NCBI GenBank assembly: GCA_020059045.1
Contig: JAGVCW010000021.1
Span: forward strand, 27,821-91,820
DNA length: 64,000 bases
DNA from: Minisyncoccota bacterium
GTDB lineage: Bacteria; Patescibacteriota; Minisyncoccia; Phycocordibacterales; Zambryskibacteraceae
Direction of reading: 5' to 3'
The notes under the pieces: generated by a model
Databases searched by the model: none
What the model was told of the DNA's origin: nothing
Seen by the model: the letters and a program-made list of their open reading frames with translations, nothing else
Shown here: in pieces, positions 29,933-40,696 of the stretch
Layout of the letters: the number at the start of each line of letters is the position of its first letter
How positions within the stretch are numbered: position 1 is the stretch's first letter
Program-made: the position numbers and the translations under genes

Positions 29933-31307
29933 AGATTTTTCTGTTACATTTTATGGAGGAGTAGGTACAGTCACTGGGTCCAACTTTCTTTTCGCGGGTC
30001 CAGAGTTTAGAGCACTTGTGGATTGTGGAATGTTTCAAGGTGATGCCGGTGTGGGTGGAAGGAATAGTGATCCGTTTCCATATGATCCTGCGTCAATTGA
30101 TTTTCTTTTTGTTACCCATGCACACATTGATCATATAGGGAGAATTCCTCATTTAGTCAAAGCAGGATTCAATGGCAAAATTTATTCCACACCTGAAACG
30201 AAAAGTATCGCGGAGCTTATGCTTCTTGACGCACTTCACATTGAGGAGATGTCTTCAAGAGAGAAAGGTATTCTTGCATTGTATGACGAAGTGGATGTCA
30301 GAAAAAGTTTTACACTTTGGCAGACACTTCCATATCGTATGGATCATGAAATCACAAATATTCTATCTGTAAATTTAAAAGATGCGGGGCATATACTCGG
30401 ATCTGCGATGTACCTTTTCACATATACGCAAGAAACTGGGGGCAAGCAGACAATTCTTTTTACCGGAGACTTGGGCAACTCGCCATCTGTGCTTCTTCCC
30501 GACACTGAGTATGTAGATGAGGCGGATTATGTTGTTATGGATAGTGTGTATGGCGATAGGAATCACGAAGATAGGTATACAAGTCTAAACAAATTTAAAA
30601 CTGCACTTCTCGAGGCTATATCAAGACAGGGCGCAGTTCTAATACCTGCTTTTTCACTTGAGCGTACACAAACAATTCTATATGAATTGAATAACCTAAT
30701 TGAAAACAAGGAGATTCCATCAATCCCAGTATTTTTAGACTCGCCGCTTGCCATCAAGCTTACGACAATATATGAAAGAATTTCTTCTTTATACAACAGT
30801 GATGTGCAAAAGGACATAAAAGGGGGAGACAAGATTTTCGAGTTTCCTCGACTGAAAGAAACGGCAAGGGTAGAGGAGTCAAAGAGAATCACAAATACTC
30901 CAAACCCGAAAGTTATTATTGCAGGCTCAGGTATGTCTACGGCAGGTAGGATTCTCCATCATGAAGAGCACTACCTTCCAGATCCGAAGACAACACTCAT
31001 TCTTATGGGATATCAAGCTCCAGGTACAATAGGGCGCAATCTAGAGGAGGGCATTAAAAAGATCAATTTTAAAGAGAAAGAAGTCATAGTTAGAGCCAAA
31101 GTTGTTAAAATTGATGGTTTTTCTGGCCATAAAGACTCAGACAATTTAGTAGATTTTGTTGCTCATTTTGACACACAGAAACTTAAAAAAGTCTTTATTT
31201 TACTGGGTGAACCGAAATCATCACTTTTTCTTGCACAGAGGCTTCACGACTATTTGGGGGTTAAAACTGTAATTCCAGAGGGGGGAAAGACCTATTCATT
31301 AGACTAA
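29925..31307 (+). CDS. Metallo-beta-lactamase / beta-CASP family ribonuclease (RNase J / CPSF-like)
   Basis: HAHIDHIG motif, beta-CASP region, C-terminal RNA-metabolising MBL domain. ATG 29925 overlaps the previous stop (ATGAATAAAG). Confidence 0.75.
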   Translation: MNKDFSVTFYGGVGTVTGSNFLFAGPEFRALVDCGMFQGDAGVGGRNSDPFPYDPASIDFLFVTHAHIDHIGRIPHLVKAGFNGKIYSTPETKSIAELMLLDALHIEEMSSREKGILALYDEVDVRKSFTLWQTLPYRMDHEITNILSVNLKDAGHILGSAMYLFTYTQETGGKQTILFTGDLGNSPSVLLPDTEYVDEADYVVMDSVYGDRNHEDRYTSLNKFKTALLEAISRQGAVLIPAFSLERTQTILYELNNLIENKEIPSIPVFLDSPLAIKLTTIYERISSLYNSDVQKDIKGGDKIFEFPRLKETARVEESKRITNTPNPKVIIAGSGMSTAGRILHHEEHYLPDPKTTLILMGYQAPGTIGRNLEEGIKKINFKEKEVIVRAKVVKIDGFSGHKDSDNLVDFVAHFDTQKLKKVFILLGEPKSSLFLAQRLHDYLGVKTVIPEGGKTYSLD

Positions 31308-31360
31308 TGACAAATTTTTTGGTGTATACTTATAGCAATTAATTATAAAGTGAAATTCAT

Positions 31361-34300
31361 ATGAAAAAGATTGTCATAGCAGTTATTTTGCTCGCAGTGT
31401 TGCTGTTGTCTGGTCCGATTTCGGCTCAAACCCTAGAAGCACAAACCATAAACGACATGTATGCGGTAGTGTTGTCGCTTCAAAACTTGATTCGTCAGTT
31501 AGTTGCGCTTGTTTCTCAGGGAGGAAATCTTGCGCAAGTTACGAACATAGTCACAGTAACTGGGTCAGTCTCTCCTGTACCAGTAACTCTTGGTGACCAG
31601 GCCAATCTTACATGGGACTCAACTAATACAACATCCTGTCTGCTTGATATAGGTACAGCAAACATAACAGGCCAGGCAGTGTCTGGCACATACACTGTGA
31701 CACCAACAAAGTCGATGGATTATATAGTCAAATGTACTGGATCGACTGGCTCAAAATTCGTAAAAGTCCCAGTAGTCGTGGTGGCAGCCTCAACTCCTTC
31801 CACCCCGTCCACTCCAGCAACTCCTTCCACCCCGTCCACACCATCTACTCCATCTACTCCATCTACACCATCTACACCATCTACACCATCAACACCAGCA
31901 ATTCCAAGTGGTCCAATAGTTTTACCAGATTTACCACAAACCTTTTCCGTGTCGGTTCCAGCTCAAACTGGAACAGTCATCTCAGTTCCGGCCGGGAACG
32001 CTGCAGCTTTTCAAGCGGCACTCAACAGTGCAGTCCTGGGTGATGTGATCGAGCTCCAAGCAGGCTCCACCTACACCGGAACATTTACGTTTCCCAATAA
32101 AACTTCTGGCAGCGGCTGGATTACAGTACGCTCCAGTGCCCACAACAGTCTCCCTCAAGGAATTCGAGTAGACCCCGGGGATGTTTCTAAAATGGCTAAA
32201 ATTATCACTAATGCCGTTGGATCAGGGGGGGCAGCATCAGGTTCTGCTATAATTTTTGCTAATAGTGCTCATCATTATTATCTACTAGGCTTAGAAGTGA
32301 CTGCGGCCACTGCAGCCAAGATTGCCACAGGTCCTACTATCCAGATGGACTTTACTACTCCTCTTTCTAATCAGCCCACGAACATTACACTCGATCGCAT
32401 GTATGTTCACGGTCATTCTAATTTAGACATGACCAGATGTATTCTAGCCAACGGTGCCTACATCGCTGTTATCAATAGTTATGTTTCTGAATGTCACTCT
32501 GGAGCGGATGCTCAAGCCATCGAAGTATGGACTGGATCTGGACCATTTAAATTTGTAAATAACCACCTGGAAGCGTCCGGCGAAAATATCATGTTCGGGG
32601 GTGCAGATCCCAAAGTGCAAGGACTCATTCCGTCGGACGCCGAAATTCGTGGAAATTATATTTATACTCCCATTGCCTGGGGGCCCTCGACTCCGTGGAC
32701 TAGAAAAAACTTATTTGAGACTAAAAATGCGCAAAGAGTACTTCTCGAAGGTAATATTCTAGATGGATCTTGGGCAGATGGGCAAGTGGGGTATGCTATT
32801 GTGCTCAAATCTTCAGATCAAGGAGGTGTTGGCACCGGGTGTACTTGGTGTGCATCAAAAGATATTACCGTAAGGTACAACATTATTCGCAATGCAGCCG
32901 GTACAGTGGATATAAGTGGAAAGCAAAACGCTATCGGTACTGCTCCGGCCCTTACCGAACGAATCCTAATTGAACACAACATTTTTGAAAATATTAATGT
33001 TGCCCCATACACCGGGGCTGCCCGACTGCTTAGTTTTAGCCTCGATGTGCGTGATCTTATATATAGGAATAACACTGTTAATACCACGGGCTATCTTCAG
33101 GGTATGATATTAGTGGGTGGAACTCCATCGAACTCTCTGAGTTTCCCGGGTGTCACAAACTTTGAATACAAGGACAATATCACTCCTTTTGGAGAATTCG
33201 GTATATTTGCCACTAACCTAATCGGGGAAGCCCTTTTTGCTGGCTCGCCAAACATTGCTGGTATCTCTAATTATTCGGGTAACGTGACTTACAACAATAC
33301 GTCAGCAAATAAGTACAATGCAACTACTCATCCCACGACTAAACTTTATTCAAGTTACAGCGCAGCAGTGGCCAGTGGTAAAGGCGCAAATACAGCGGCT
33401 GTGCTTGCGGCTACTAAGAATGCGCAAAACGGCGGAGGCGCTGGGACCCAGCCACCTCCTCCACCTCCTCCACCCCCGCCTAACACAACTGTTCCTACCC
33501 CTCCTTCTCCCGTTGCCATTACAACCTATGTTACACCTCCGGCAAACGGAGAGTCGACGCCTCCTTCTGCGGTAAAAAATTTACGTACTTGGGGAGTGTG
33601 CGACAACATGATCGGAGTTACTTGGGATCACGCTACAGATAATTACGGAGTGGCGGGTTATATTATTTCTCGAGACGGACAACCCTATACTATGACGGTG
33701 AGAAGTAGACCTCTCGGCACAACCGGAGGTGTTCCCAACAATACTGCCACCACCATAAGAAATTGGGTCACTGACTCCGGCCGGCAACCCAACACCTCGC
33801 ATTCTTACTCCGTGCAAGCGTTCGATACCTCCAACAACAAAGGCCCCGTGGCTACTTTCTCTGCCAAGACATCAACGGGCGGTTGTTTTGACCCGACCCC
33901 CCCAGTGCCGATGAATCTTAGACTTACAGGTTCGACATTAAATAGCGCGGGGTTAACTTGGGATCCCGTTACAGATTCCCGTTATAACGTAGTTCAATAT
34001 AGAATATATCTGGATTTTCCGCTCTTTACGCCTTTTCCTTTTCCCGCAGCACCTACATTTATGAATCCTGCTACTCCTCCTTTTGTCTATGGGAATCTTC
34101 CCTCAGCTCCTAGTCACAATTTCTTTGTTTCCTCTCGTAGCAACCTTGGTAAAGAGGGTGACTGGACTATGCCTCTTATTATGACTCCCGGTCAAACCAC
34201 GCCTGCTCCTACCGTGATGCTATCCGCTTCACCAAGCTCTGTGATTCCAGGTGGACAAACAATTCTCACCTGGTCTTCTACTAATGCAACAAGCTGTACC

Positions 34301-35746
34301 GCAAGCGGCGGGTGGTCTGGTTCGCAAGCTTTAGTCGGGACTCTTACAATCACACCCATAACAAGTTCACCATACACACTTTCATGTAGTGGAGCAGGTG
34401 GATCATCAATTAAATCAGTAACGGTTACTGTTGGTGGAATCATACCTCCACCACCAAACCCATTGTTTAGTATAGGAGATAGAGCAGAAACCACAGCTAA
34501 CCTAAATGTTCGATCTGGCCCAAGTGTCGATGCAACAGTTTTTGGTATCCAATCTCTTGGATCACTTGGCACCATTATTGAAGGACCAAGTATAGGTTCA
34601 ATTTACACTTGGTGGAATATTAACTTCGATGCGGGTGTAGATGGATGGAGTGCAGAAAGTTTCCTAAAGAAATCTACCATCTCGACACCACCTCCAGCTA
34701 GTCAACCCGTTGTTACTCTTTCTGTTTCACCTTCCACAATCACTTCTGGTTCGCCAGCAACTCTCACCTGGTCTTCTACTAATGCAACAAGCTGTACTGC
34801 AAGCAGTGGGTGGTCTGGTTCTAAGTCCACGTCTGGTGTGCATGGTATTGCTCCTGCTACAAACACTACGTATACACTCTCATGTAGTGGGGGAGGTGGA
34901 TCGTCAAGTAAATCTGTAACAGTCACAGTAATATCTACTACTCCAACTCCAACACCTAGTGATCCTACGCCTACTGACCCAACCCCGACTCCAACTCCAA
35001 CTCCTACACCTAATCCCGTTCCTACCCCAGGAGATGGCCAGGTATGTGCTCAAGTTGCAACATGGGCTAAAAGTCCATCAGGACAAATTAGGCAGTTCCC
35101 AAGTGCATGTATTCCAAGTGGTTGGGTCGTAATAGCATCTCCACTTATAGAAATTCCTAAAATTCCTACGACTCCAATTCCACCTGTTGGAGAGGTTCCT
35201 ACTATCCCAACAACTGAATCTCCAAGAACAGTTATTACTAAACAGCTTTACTTTGGAGTATCTGATCCCCAAGTTACAGCTCTTCAGATTTTCTTGAGGT
35301 CAAAAGGACTGTATTCAGATGACATTACTGGATTCTTCGGTACAAAAACTCTTCAATCTGTGCGTCTATACCAGACATCAAAGGGGATAGATGCGACAGG
35401 TGCTGTGGGCCCACAAACAAGAGCATCAATATCGGCTGAGACGACAGGTATCACTACGCCATCTACACCAACGACGCAAGCCCCAAGCGCACCTACGACC
35501 GGTTCGCTACCAAGAACACTGTATCGAGGTATATCAGGTAGTGATGTTTCATCTCTACAGACCATACTTATGAACCTGGGATATTACAATGACGAGATTA
35601 CAGGATACTTCGGTGTGAAAACGGAAGCGGCAGTTCAGGCATTCCAGAGAGCAAATGGAATAGTATCTTCAGGTAGTCCTGGTACTACTGGGTATGGGCT
35701 CGCAGGGCAACTAACAAGAGCAAAACTTATTGAACTAAGCCAATAA
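31361..35746 (+). CDS. Giant secreted cell-surface protein with C-terminal peptidoglycan-binding domains
   Basis: Signal peptide MKKIVIAVILLAVLLLSGPISAQT. (STP)n linker, parallel beta-helix/pectate-lyase-like repeats, Pro10 tract, FN3-like, Ig-like (SSTNATSCTASGGWSG), SH3b-like and PT-rich linker modules. Two C-terminal PG_binding_1-like domains (ITGFFG / ITGYFG motifs). 1461 aa. Confidence 0.85.
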   Translation: MKKIVIAVILLAVLLLSGPISAQTLEAQTINDMYAVVLSLQNLIRQLVALVSQGGNLAQVTNIVTVTGSVSPVPVTLGDQANLTWDSTNTTSCLLDIGTANITGQAVSGTYTVTPTKSMDYIVKCTGSTGSKFVKVPVVVVAASTPSTPSTPATPSTPSTPSTPSTPSTPSTPSTPSTPAIPSGPIVLPDLPQTFSVSVPAQTGTVISVPAGNAAAFQAALNSAVLGDVIELQAGSTYTGTFTFPNKTSGSGWITVRSSAHNSLPQGIRVDPGDVSKMAKIITNAVGSGGAASGSAIIFANSAHHYYLLGLEVTAATAAKIATGPTIQMDFTTPLSNQPTNITLDRMYVHGHSNLDMTRCILANGAYIAVINSYVSECHSGADAQAIEVWTGSGPFKFVNNHLEASGENIMFGGADPKVQGLIPSDAEIRGNYIYTPIAWGPSTPWTRKNLFETKNAQRVLLEGNILDGSWADGQVGYAIVLKSSDQGGVGTGCTWCASKDITVRYNIIRNAAGTVDISGKQNAIGTAPALTERILIEHNIFENINVAPYTGAARLLSFSLDVRDLIYRNNTVNTTGYLQGMILVGGTPSNSLSFPGVTNFEYKDNITPFGEFGIFATNLIGEALFAGSPNIAGISNYSGNVTYNNTSANKYNATTHPTTKLYSSYSAAVASGKGANTAAVLAATKNAQNGGGAGTQPPPPPPPPPPNTTVPTPPSPVAITTYVTPPANGESTPPSAVKNLRTWGVCDNMIGVTWDHATDNYGVAGYIISRDGQPYTMTVRSRPLGTTGGVPNNTATTIRNWVTDSGRQPNTSHSYSVQAFDTSNNKGPVATFSAKTSTGGCFDPTPPVPMNLRLTGSTLNSAGLTWDPVTDSRYNVVQYRIYLDFPLFTPFPFPAAPTFMNPATPPFVYGNLPSAPSHNFFVSSRSNLGKEGDWTMPLIMTPGQTTPAPTVMLSASPSSVIPGGQTILTWSSTNATSCTASGGWSGSQALVGTLTITPITSSPYTLSCSGAGGSSIKSVTVTVGGIIPPPPNPLFSIGDRAETTANLNVRSGPSVDATVFGIQSLGSLGTIIEGPSIGSIYTWWNINFDAGVDGWSAESFLKKSTISTPPPASQPVVTLSVSPSTITSGSPATLTWSSTNATSCTASSGWSGSKSTSGVHGIAPATNTTYTLSCSGGGGSSSKSVTVTVISTTPTPTPSDPTPTDPTPTPTPTPTPNPVPTPGDGQVCAQVATWAKSPSGQIRQFPSACIPSGWVVIASPLIEIPKIPTTPIPPVGEVPTIPTTESPRTVITKQLYFGVSDPQVTALQIFLRSKGLYSDDITGFFGTKTLQSVRLYQTSKGIDATGAVGPQTRASISAETTGITTPSTPTTQAPSAPTTGSLPRTLYRGISGSDVSSLQTILMNLGYYNDEITGYFGVKTEAAVQAFQRANGIVSSGSPGTTGYGLAGQLTRAKLIELSQ

Positions 35747-35767
35747 GAAAAGATAACAAAAAATCTT

Positions 35768-35803
35768 GTCTACTTAGACAAGATTTTTTGTTATAAAGAT
35801 TTT
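35768..35803. terminator. Bidirectional terminator between giant protein and rplT
   Basis: ACAAAAAATCTTGTCTA-CTTAGACAAGATTTTTTGT perfect hairpin. Confidence 0.7.
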
Positions 35804-35809
35804 AGAGAC

Positions 35810-36154
35810 TTATTTCACCTGTTCAAATATTCTTTTGAAAGTTTCTGGGTTACTTCCTGCTAATGTCGAAAGTATTTTTCTATCTATCAAAATATTTTTC
35901 TTCTTCATATTACCCATAAATTTACTGTAAGTACCTCCAAGTTCGCGAAGTGCGGCATTAATACGTACATTCCATAGGCGACGGAAATCACCCTTTTTGT
36001 CTCTTCGGTGAGCAAAGGCATAGCTTCCAGCATGAACAATCGCCTCGTTTGCCGCTCTCTCCTTCTTACTACGAGAAAAGCGATAGCCCTTTACTTGTTT
36101 AAGGATATTACGGCGTGTCTTTAATGCATTTACTCCCTTCTTTACTCTTGTCAT
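35810..36154 (-). CDS. rplT: 50S ribosomal protein L20
   Basis: MTRVKKGVNALKTRRNILKQVKGYRF... Confidence 0.93.
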   Translation of the reverse strand: MTRVKKGVNALKTRRNILKQVKGYRFSRSKKERAANEAIVHAGSYAFAHRRDKKGDFRRLWNVRINAALRELGGTYSKFMGNMKKKNILIDRKILSTLAGSNPETFKRIFEQVK

Positions 36155-36193
36155 TTGATTGATTTCTACTCGCTACTTATTACTTTCTACTAT

Positions 36194-36385
36194 TTATATA
36201 TTAACTAAATACCTGCTTCTTTCTTTGTTTGCCATTACGATTGAACCCTGGCGTTTCTTGCCAAGCTGACTGCGGCGACTTTCCTTGGCGTTGAAGTGAT
36301 TCTGGCCAGCCTTACGTGCTAAAACTTTGCCGCCCTTTGTGAGCTTCAATCTTTTCGAGTACGACTTATTGGTTTTCATTGCCAT
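36194..36385 (-). CDS. rpmI: 50S ribosomal protein L35
   Basis: MAMKTNKSYSKRLKLTKGGKVLARKAGQNHF... Confidence 0.88.
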   Translation of the reverse strand: MAMKTNKSYSKRLKLTKGGKVLARKAGQNHFNAKESRRSQLGKKRQGSIVMANKERSRYLVNI

Positions 36386-36429
36386 AGGAAGCTAATCTTA
36401 ACTATTTTTGGAATATTGTCCAGCACGTA

Positions 36430-36472
36430 CCCCACACTTACTTGGCAGTGAAACTGCCAAGTAAGTGTGGGG
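36430..36472 (-). promoter_or_regulatory. 20-bp perfect hairpin between infC and rpmI (candidate attenuator / L20 operator)
   Basis: CCCCACACTTACTTGGCAGT-GAA-ACTGCCAAGTAAGTGTGGGG. Confidence 0.5.
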
Positions 36473-36644
36473 TAACTTAACATAATAATTATTTATATAA
36501 ATCTTTGGCCCTTTTGCAGATTTAAATATTTAGTACAGTTCCTGGTCTTATTAGTACGAATGTGCGAATAGCATTGAATTACCTATACTGATAAATCTTC
36601 ATCTAAAATTCAAAAAATAAAGACCACTTGGTTGTTTGCAGGTG

Positions 36645-37184
36645 CTAATTGCTTGTATTCTGCTTTCCTCCTTCGTTTGATTTCTCAACGAGGAGGGTAA
36701 GACCTTTAGGACTTTTCTGGGGAGGTTCAGCAATTTTATACTCTTCAGAAATGAGCTTAAGGATTCGCTCAAGTCGAGTGTTTAGAAAATTTCTATCTAG
36801 GTACTTCGCACGCCCGGGTAGGAATAGATCTATCTTAACTCTGTGACCTTCTCGGAGCCACTCTGATATCTTCTTAGCTTTGAGAGCAAGGTCATGTTCT
36901 CCAGTACCGAGCTTCACTTGGGCGCTCTTCACTTCCACACTATGACTCTTTGCTTTGCTTGCTTTAGCTTTTTTGTTTTCTAGATATTGGAATTTTCCAA
37001 AATCCATTATCTTTGCTACTGGAGGGGTAGCATTGGGAGAGATTTCTATTAGATCAAGTCCGTACTCCTTGGCTTTTACAAGGGCAGATGATAGTTCCAA
37101 TACACCTATATTTTCACCTTCTGGGCCTATTACTCGTACTTCTTTCGCTTTTATTTGATGATTAATTCGTGTTTGTGTACTCAA
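36645..37184 (-). CDS. infC: Translation initiation factor IF-3
   Basis: TTG start. IF3 N- and C-terminal domains (INHQIKAKEVRVIGPEGE...). Confidence 0.9.
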   Translation of the reverse strand: MSTQTRINHQIKAKEVRVIGPEGENIGVLELSSALVKAKEYGLDLIEISPNATPPVAKIMDFGKFQYLENKKAKASKAKSHSVEVKSAQVKLGTGEHDLALKAKKISEWLREGHRVKIDLFLPGRAKYLDRNFLNTRLERILKLISEEYKIAEPPQKSPKGLTLLVEKSNEGGKQNTSN

Positions 37185-37243
37185 CAGGGTGTATGTTTAA
37201 TGTCGGTTAATACTAAATGATTATTCAATGCAGCTATAATATA

Positions 37244-37828
37244 CTAATTATTCTTTAATTCAAATGATCTCATAATGATGTCGAAATCGCGAACAATTTG
37301 ATCATTTGGGCCGAGGTAAGTGACACTCGACATAATAATATTCCCCTTGTGTGAGAAGACAATGGAGTTTCCCTCATATAGCCCAGACCACCTGTAGGCA
37401 TAACCGTCACGACTGCCAACTTTTGCTGTGAGTAGTATCCCGTCAGGTGATAATTTAAAGTTTGAGTTGCCATTGCCGCGTATCCAGCTCTCTCCAGTTT
37501 CGTTCTCTAAGTTTTGGAACACGTCGATAGTGATAGCGGTGGGCCCCTCACGTGCAGTTGTACTAGCCGTGCCTTCTCGTAGAGTCCGATTTTCTTCCGA
37601 ATCTTCTGTTAATACTAGTACAGTGTGCATTCGTTCAGAATTTCCTAAGTCCTTCTCTTCCAGAAAATAATTTTCGGGGTAATCAAATGAAAATCCAAAC
37701 AAAGATGAGTTGTACGTTTTAGTATTTACGTCTCCCGTGTTAGTCCCAAGGTTCTTTATTTGAAGTGTCCAAACAATAAGTCCAAGCACGACAATTATTA
37801 TCCCAGTTATTATAATTTTTTTAGTCAT
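37244..37828 (-). CDS. Secreted hypothetical protein
   Basis: Signal anchor MTKKIIITGIIIVVLGLIVW. Confidence 0.5.
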   Translation of the reverse strand: MTKKIIITGIIIVVLGLIVWTLQIKNLGTNTGDVNTKTYNSSLFGFSFDYPENYFLEEKDLGNSERMHTVLVLTEDSEENRTLREGTASTTAREGPTAITIDVFQNLENETGESWIRGNGNSNFKLSPDGILLTAKVGSRDGYAYRWSGLYEGNSIVFSHKGNIIMSSVTYLGPNDQIVRDFDIIMRSFELKNN

Positions 37829-37940
37829 ATAGGTATTATAGCAAAGAGGTGTTTTCTATGAGAAATATGCCTTATTTTTCAAAAAAAAAGACAAGAAACG
37901 TTAACCCACAGAAGAGAATCGGTTGTAATATAATTTATAT

Positions 37941-38204
37941 ATGGACGAATCATTCAAAAAGTTGCCGCCTGAAGATTGGGTTTCAGAAAAAACTCTTGCT
38001 CGAGAACTAAGACTTACCCCGGAAGTCATCAATCATGAGATAGGGTGGCAGATAGAGAAGATTTTAGAGGAAAGTAATGGAGAGGGGATAGAGTGGATAA
38101 ATAACCAGGAACGCTATTGGTCACCTGAAGCTGCCGAAAAAGTGAAAGCAGGTATTATTGTCCGCGTGCAGGCAATAAGTGCAACAGTAAACAAAAAACA
38201 CTAA
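37941..38204 (+). CDS. Small hypothetical protein
   Basis: 87-aa ORF. Confidence 0.35.
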   Translation: MDESFKKLPPEDWVSEKTLARELRLTPEVINHEIGWQIEKILEESNGEGIEWINNQERYWSPEAAEKVKAGIIVRVQAISATVNKKH

Positions 38205-38239
38205 GTAAAACTAGTAGGGTATAAGTTTTCTAGCTAAAT

Positions 38240-38653
38240 TTAAAGCATAGAAACTATTATAATCCCAGAGATCATGAGAGTAACGATAGAGTAGAGTGCG
38301 TTTATCATAAAGAGTTTCATTGATTTCATGTCCCAGAGAACTGAACCGATGTGTATTGGTACCTGGAAGCCAAGCCATGCCCATAATGCAAGACTTAGTG
38401 CTCCCGCAATAGATGTCACTTCTTGGATAGCGATAAAGTGAGCAAGTATATAAGTAGAAATAAGTGCGAATATAAACATAAAGATGTAAGACTTCGCTAC
38501 ACCTTTAGTCTTCGCACCCGCCATCATCTCGTCTGTAATGCCAGATTCTCTTTGCCAAATTTTGCCAAACAGCGGTCCATACCAGAGGCCACCCACAATC
38601 ATGGAAGCTATTCCTCCCATAAGTACTGCCCAATAATTTATTGCAATTTCCAT
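38240..38653 (-). CDS. DUF1761-like membrane protein
   Basis: 4 TM helices, YWAVLMGGIASMIVGGLWYGPLFGKIW pattern. Confidence 0.55.
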   Translation of the reverse strand: MEIAINYWAVLMGGIASMIVGGLWYGPLFGKIWQRESGITDEMMAGAKTKGVAKSYIFMFIFALISTYILAHFIAIQEVTSIAGALSLALWAWLGFQVPIHIGSVLWDMKSMKLFMINALYSIVTLMISGIIIVSML

Positions 38654-38764
38654 AATAAATATTATTACTTTTTAATGTGTGTATTCTACCACTCTAAATG
38701 TTTTGGGGTATAACAAAAAACCGACCACGACTGATAGAAGTGGGAGGCTTTTTGTAAGGAGTAA

Positions 38765-39019
38765 TTATTCTTCTTCTGTAAACGATCCATCAAGTAGATC
38801 CTGGACATTCTTCAAAGCATCTGCACATGTATCCCTTCCTGCTTCAGTTGTCATATCACTACATGCTGGCCCCACTTTGGCTCGAAGGTCTGCAAGCTCA
38901 GTATTGAAGTCAGATACACTATCTGGCTTATTCAACTCCATAATGTAGAGAGCACCTACAATCACTAGCGCAATTGCTAGAACGTAGATCCATATGGTTT
39001 TTGTATCTTGTTGTGCCAT
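38765..39019 (-). CDS. Small membrane-anchored protein
   Basis: 84 aa with N-terminal TM helix. Confidence 0.4.
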   Translation of the reverse strand: MAQQDTKTIWIYVLAIALVIVGALYIMELNKPDSVSDFNTELADLRAKVGPACSDMTTEAGRDTCADALKNVQDLLDGSFTEEE

Positions 39020-39239
39020 ATTTGTTAGTTAATGTTATTACGACCTCATGGTTATTACTACACTATGGTGGTGAAGGCTTCATGAAGAGAGTACTACAAA
39101 AATAACAATTCTTCTCATATACAAAACTGCGAGTTTTGTCCGTTAGATTGATAAAGGTGGCAATAAAAACAAGTTTGTTATAGACTCGCTATGCAAGGCC
39201 TCGATCTTGCATAGAGCTCTTTAACCACAGGAATGGGCC

Positions 39240-39992
39240 ATGACCTCGGACAAGGCCGGAAGTTCGCGAACACGCAATCAGCTGGACTACGCTTTGGGCA
39301 AGAAGAGAATAAGCCTTAGAGGGCTTAAACCGAAAGAATTTGATGATTTTCTGGAAGCGGAACTATCGAAGATCAATCTTCGGGAGCTTCAAGGGTTTGA
39401 GCCTCTTGAGGAGTTGATTTCTCGAAGGCCGGGTAGTGTAATTTATGGTTCTCATGTTAGGCAGGATCCTTCAGAGACAGTAAGTGTAGCACCGGCAACT
39501 AAGTTCGAAGTAGCTAGTTCCGTTCCTCCACCGTTCAACTTGAAAACCCATGTAGTATGGGTTTCACAAGGAGTACTTAGTCAACTGGTTACCTGGCGCA
39601 GGTTTGAATCTCAGGAGGAGACTACTGATTGGAAGGTGGCTGACAACTGGAAAGGAGGTAGATATATTCAGAAAATGGAAGAGGAGATCCTTGTGCTTCG
39701 TTGTCCTGCAGATCACAGTGGGGCAGATGAAAACATTTTTATTGTCTGGTACGTTGCGGAGAAAGTTCCGCATGAGGATGAGATGGTTGTTAAAGTAGTA
39801 AGAGTGAAACTAGTGCCAATATCAAAGTTCCGAAAACAGTTCGGGAAAAAGTACCCATCTGTTGCTATAGAACTCATCTCAAGGATTGCGATGTTGTCTA
39901 GTATTACACTTGATGCACTTAAGAACAACGTTACTGTTTTTCAAAGGAGTGTGGTTGATATTCAAAGACTTTCTGATGCGCTCCTTCCGTAA
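39240..39992 (+). CDS. Hypothetical protein
   Basis: 250-aa ORF. Confidence 0.45.
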   Translation: MTSDKAGSSRTRNQLDYALGKKRISLRGLKPKEFDDFLEAELSKINLRELQGFEPLEELISRRPGSVIYGSHVRQDPSETVSVAPATKFEVASSVPPPFNLKTHVVWVSQGVLSQLVTWRRFESQEETTDWKVADNWKGGRYIQKMEEEILVLRCPADHSGADENIFIVWYVAEKVPHEDEMVVKVVRVKLVPISKFRKQFGKKYPSVAIELISRIAMLSSITLDALKNNVTVFQRSVVDIQRLSDALLP

Positions 39993-40180
39993 AGCATGAG
40001 CATCGCTTACCTTTAAAAGGTGAGCTTTTTATTTGTCATATCTAATTTACTCTATTATTTTATTAACAATCATAATTCCTGCCAATCGGAGGCAATTATA
40101 ATGAGATAAATTTTCGTATCAAGGAAAATTTTGATCTTGTGTAAATGAAAAATCACACCAAGTTTTGTGTGATTATATGA

Positions 40181-40435
40181 TCAGTGTGGTCGGAAGTGGG
40201 AAATGTATAGAACACTACGATCCTTGAGTGCTTGGAGCTCTTTTTTCGTAAGTTTTCTTACAGTACCAGCACCAATTGCTGGGGTATGGCGTTGACCCTT
40301 TGACCTTTCTTCGCAATAAATGCCACTCACATTTCTATGTCGACGCAGTTTTCCATCTGCTCGTAATAGAATCATCCGCCAGCATTTTCGACATTCTCCG
40401 GCGTATGTAGACTGTGGTTTCTTTTTCTTCCCCAC
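40181..40435 (-). CDS. Small basic Cys-containing hypothetical protein
   Basis: 84 aa with CRKC ... C motifs. Confidence 0.3.
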   Translation of the reverse strand: MGKKKKPQSTYAGECRKCWRMILLRADGKLRRHRNVSGIYCEERSKGQRHTPAIGAGTVRKLTKKELQALKDRSVLYISHFRPH

Positions 40436-40696
40436 GTGGGTCTCCTTGTACAGTAAATTTCTGTACGAAGCTTAGTACATAGAATAAAAAAACACAACTT
40501 CAGTAAGTAAAACATAAAAAACAAAAGCGCCCGAAGGCGGTTAGATTTATTTGTGGCGCCACAGAGTACTGCGGCATCCTACAAAAATATAGTCACTATG
40601 TTTCTTTTTTTGTGGACTTAGTAAGCCGAAATTGGAACCAGCTCCACATGTATGGGCTTTCGAGGCGTCTGAGGCGATTTTAGGGAAGCAATGGCC

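Noticed and set aside
40480-40690. Possible small RNA (SRP or 6S) in GC-richer intergenic DNA
   Set aside because: No conserved SRP domain IV or 6S-like features recognisable by eye. Left uncalled.
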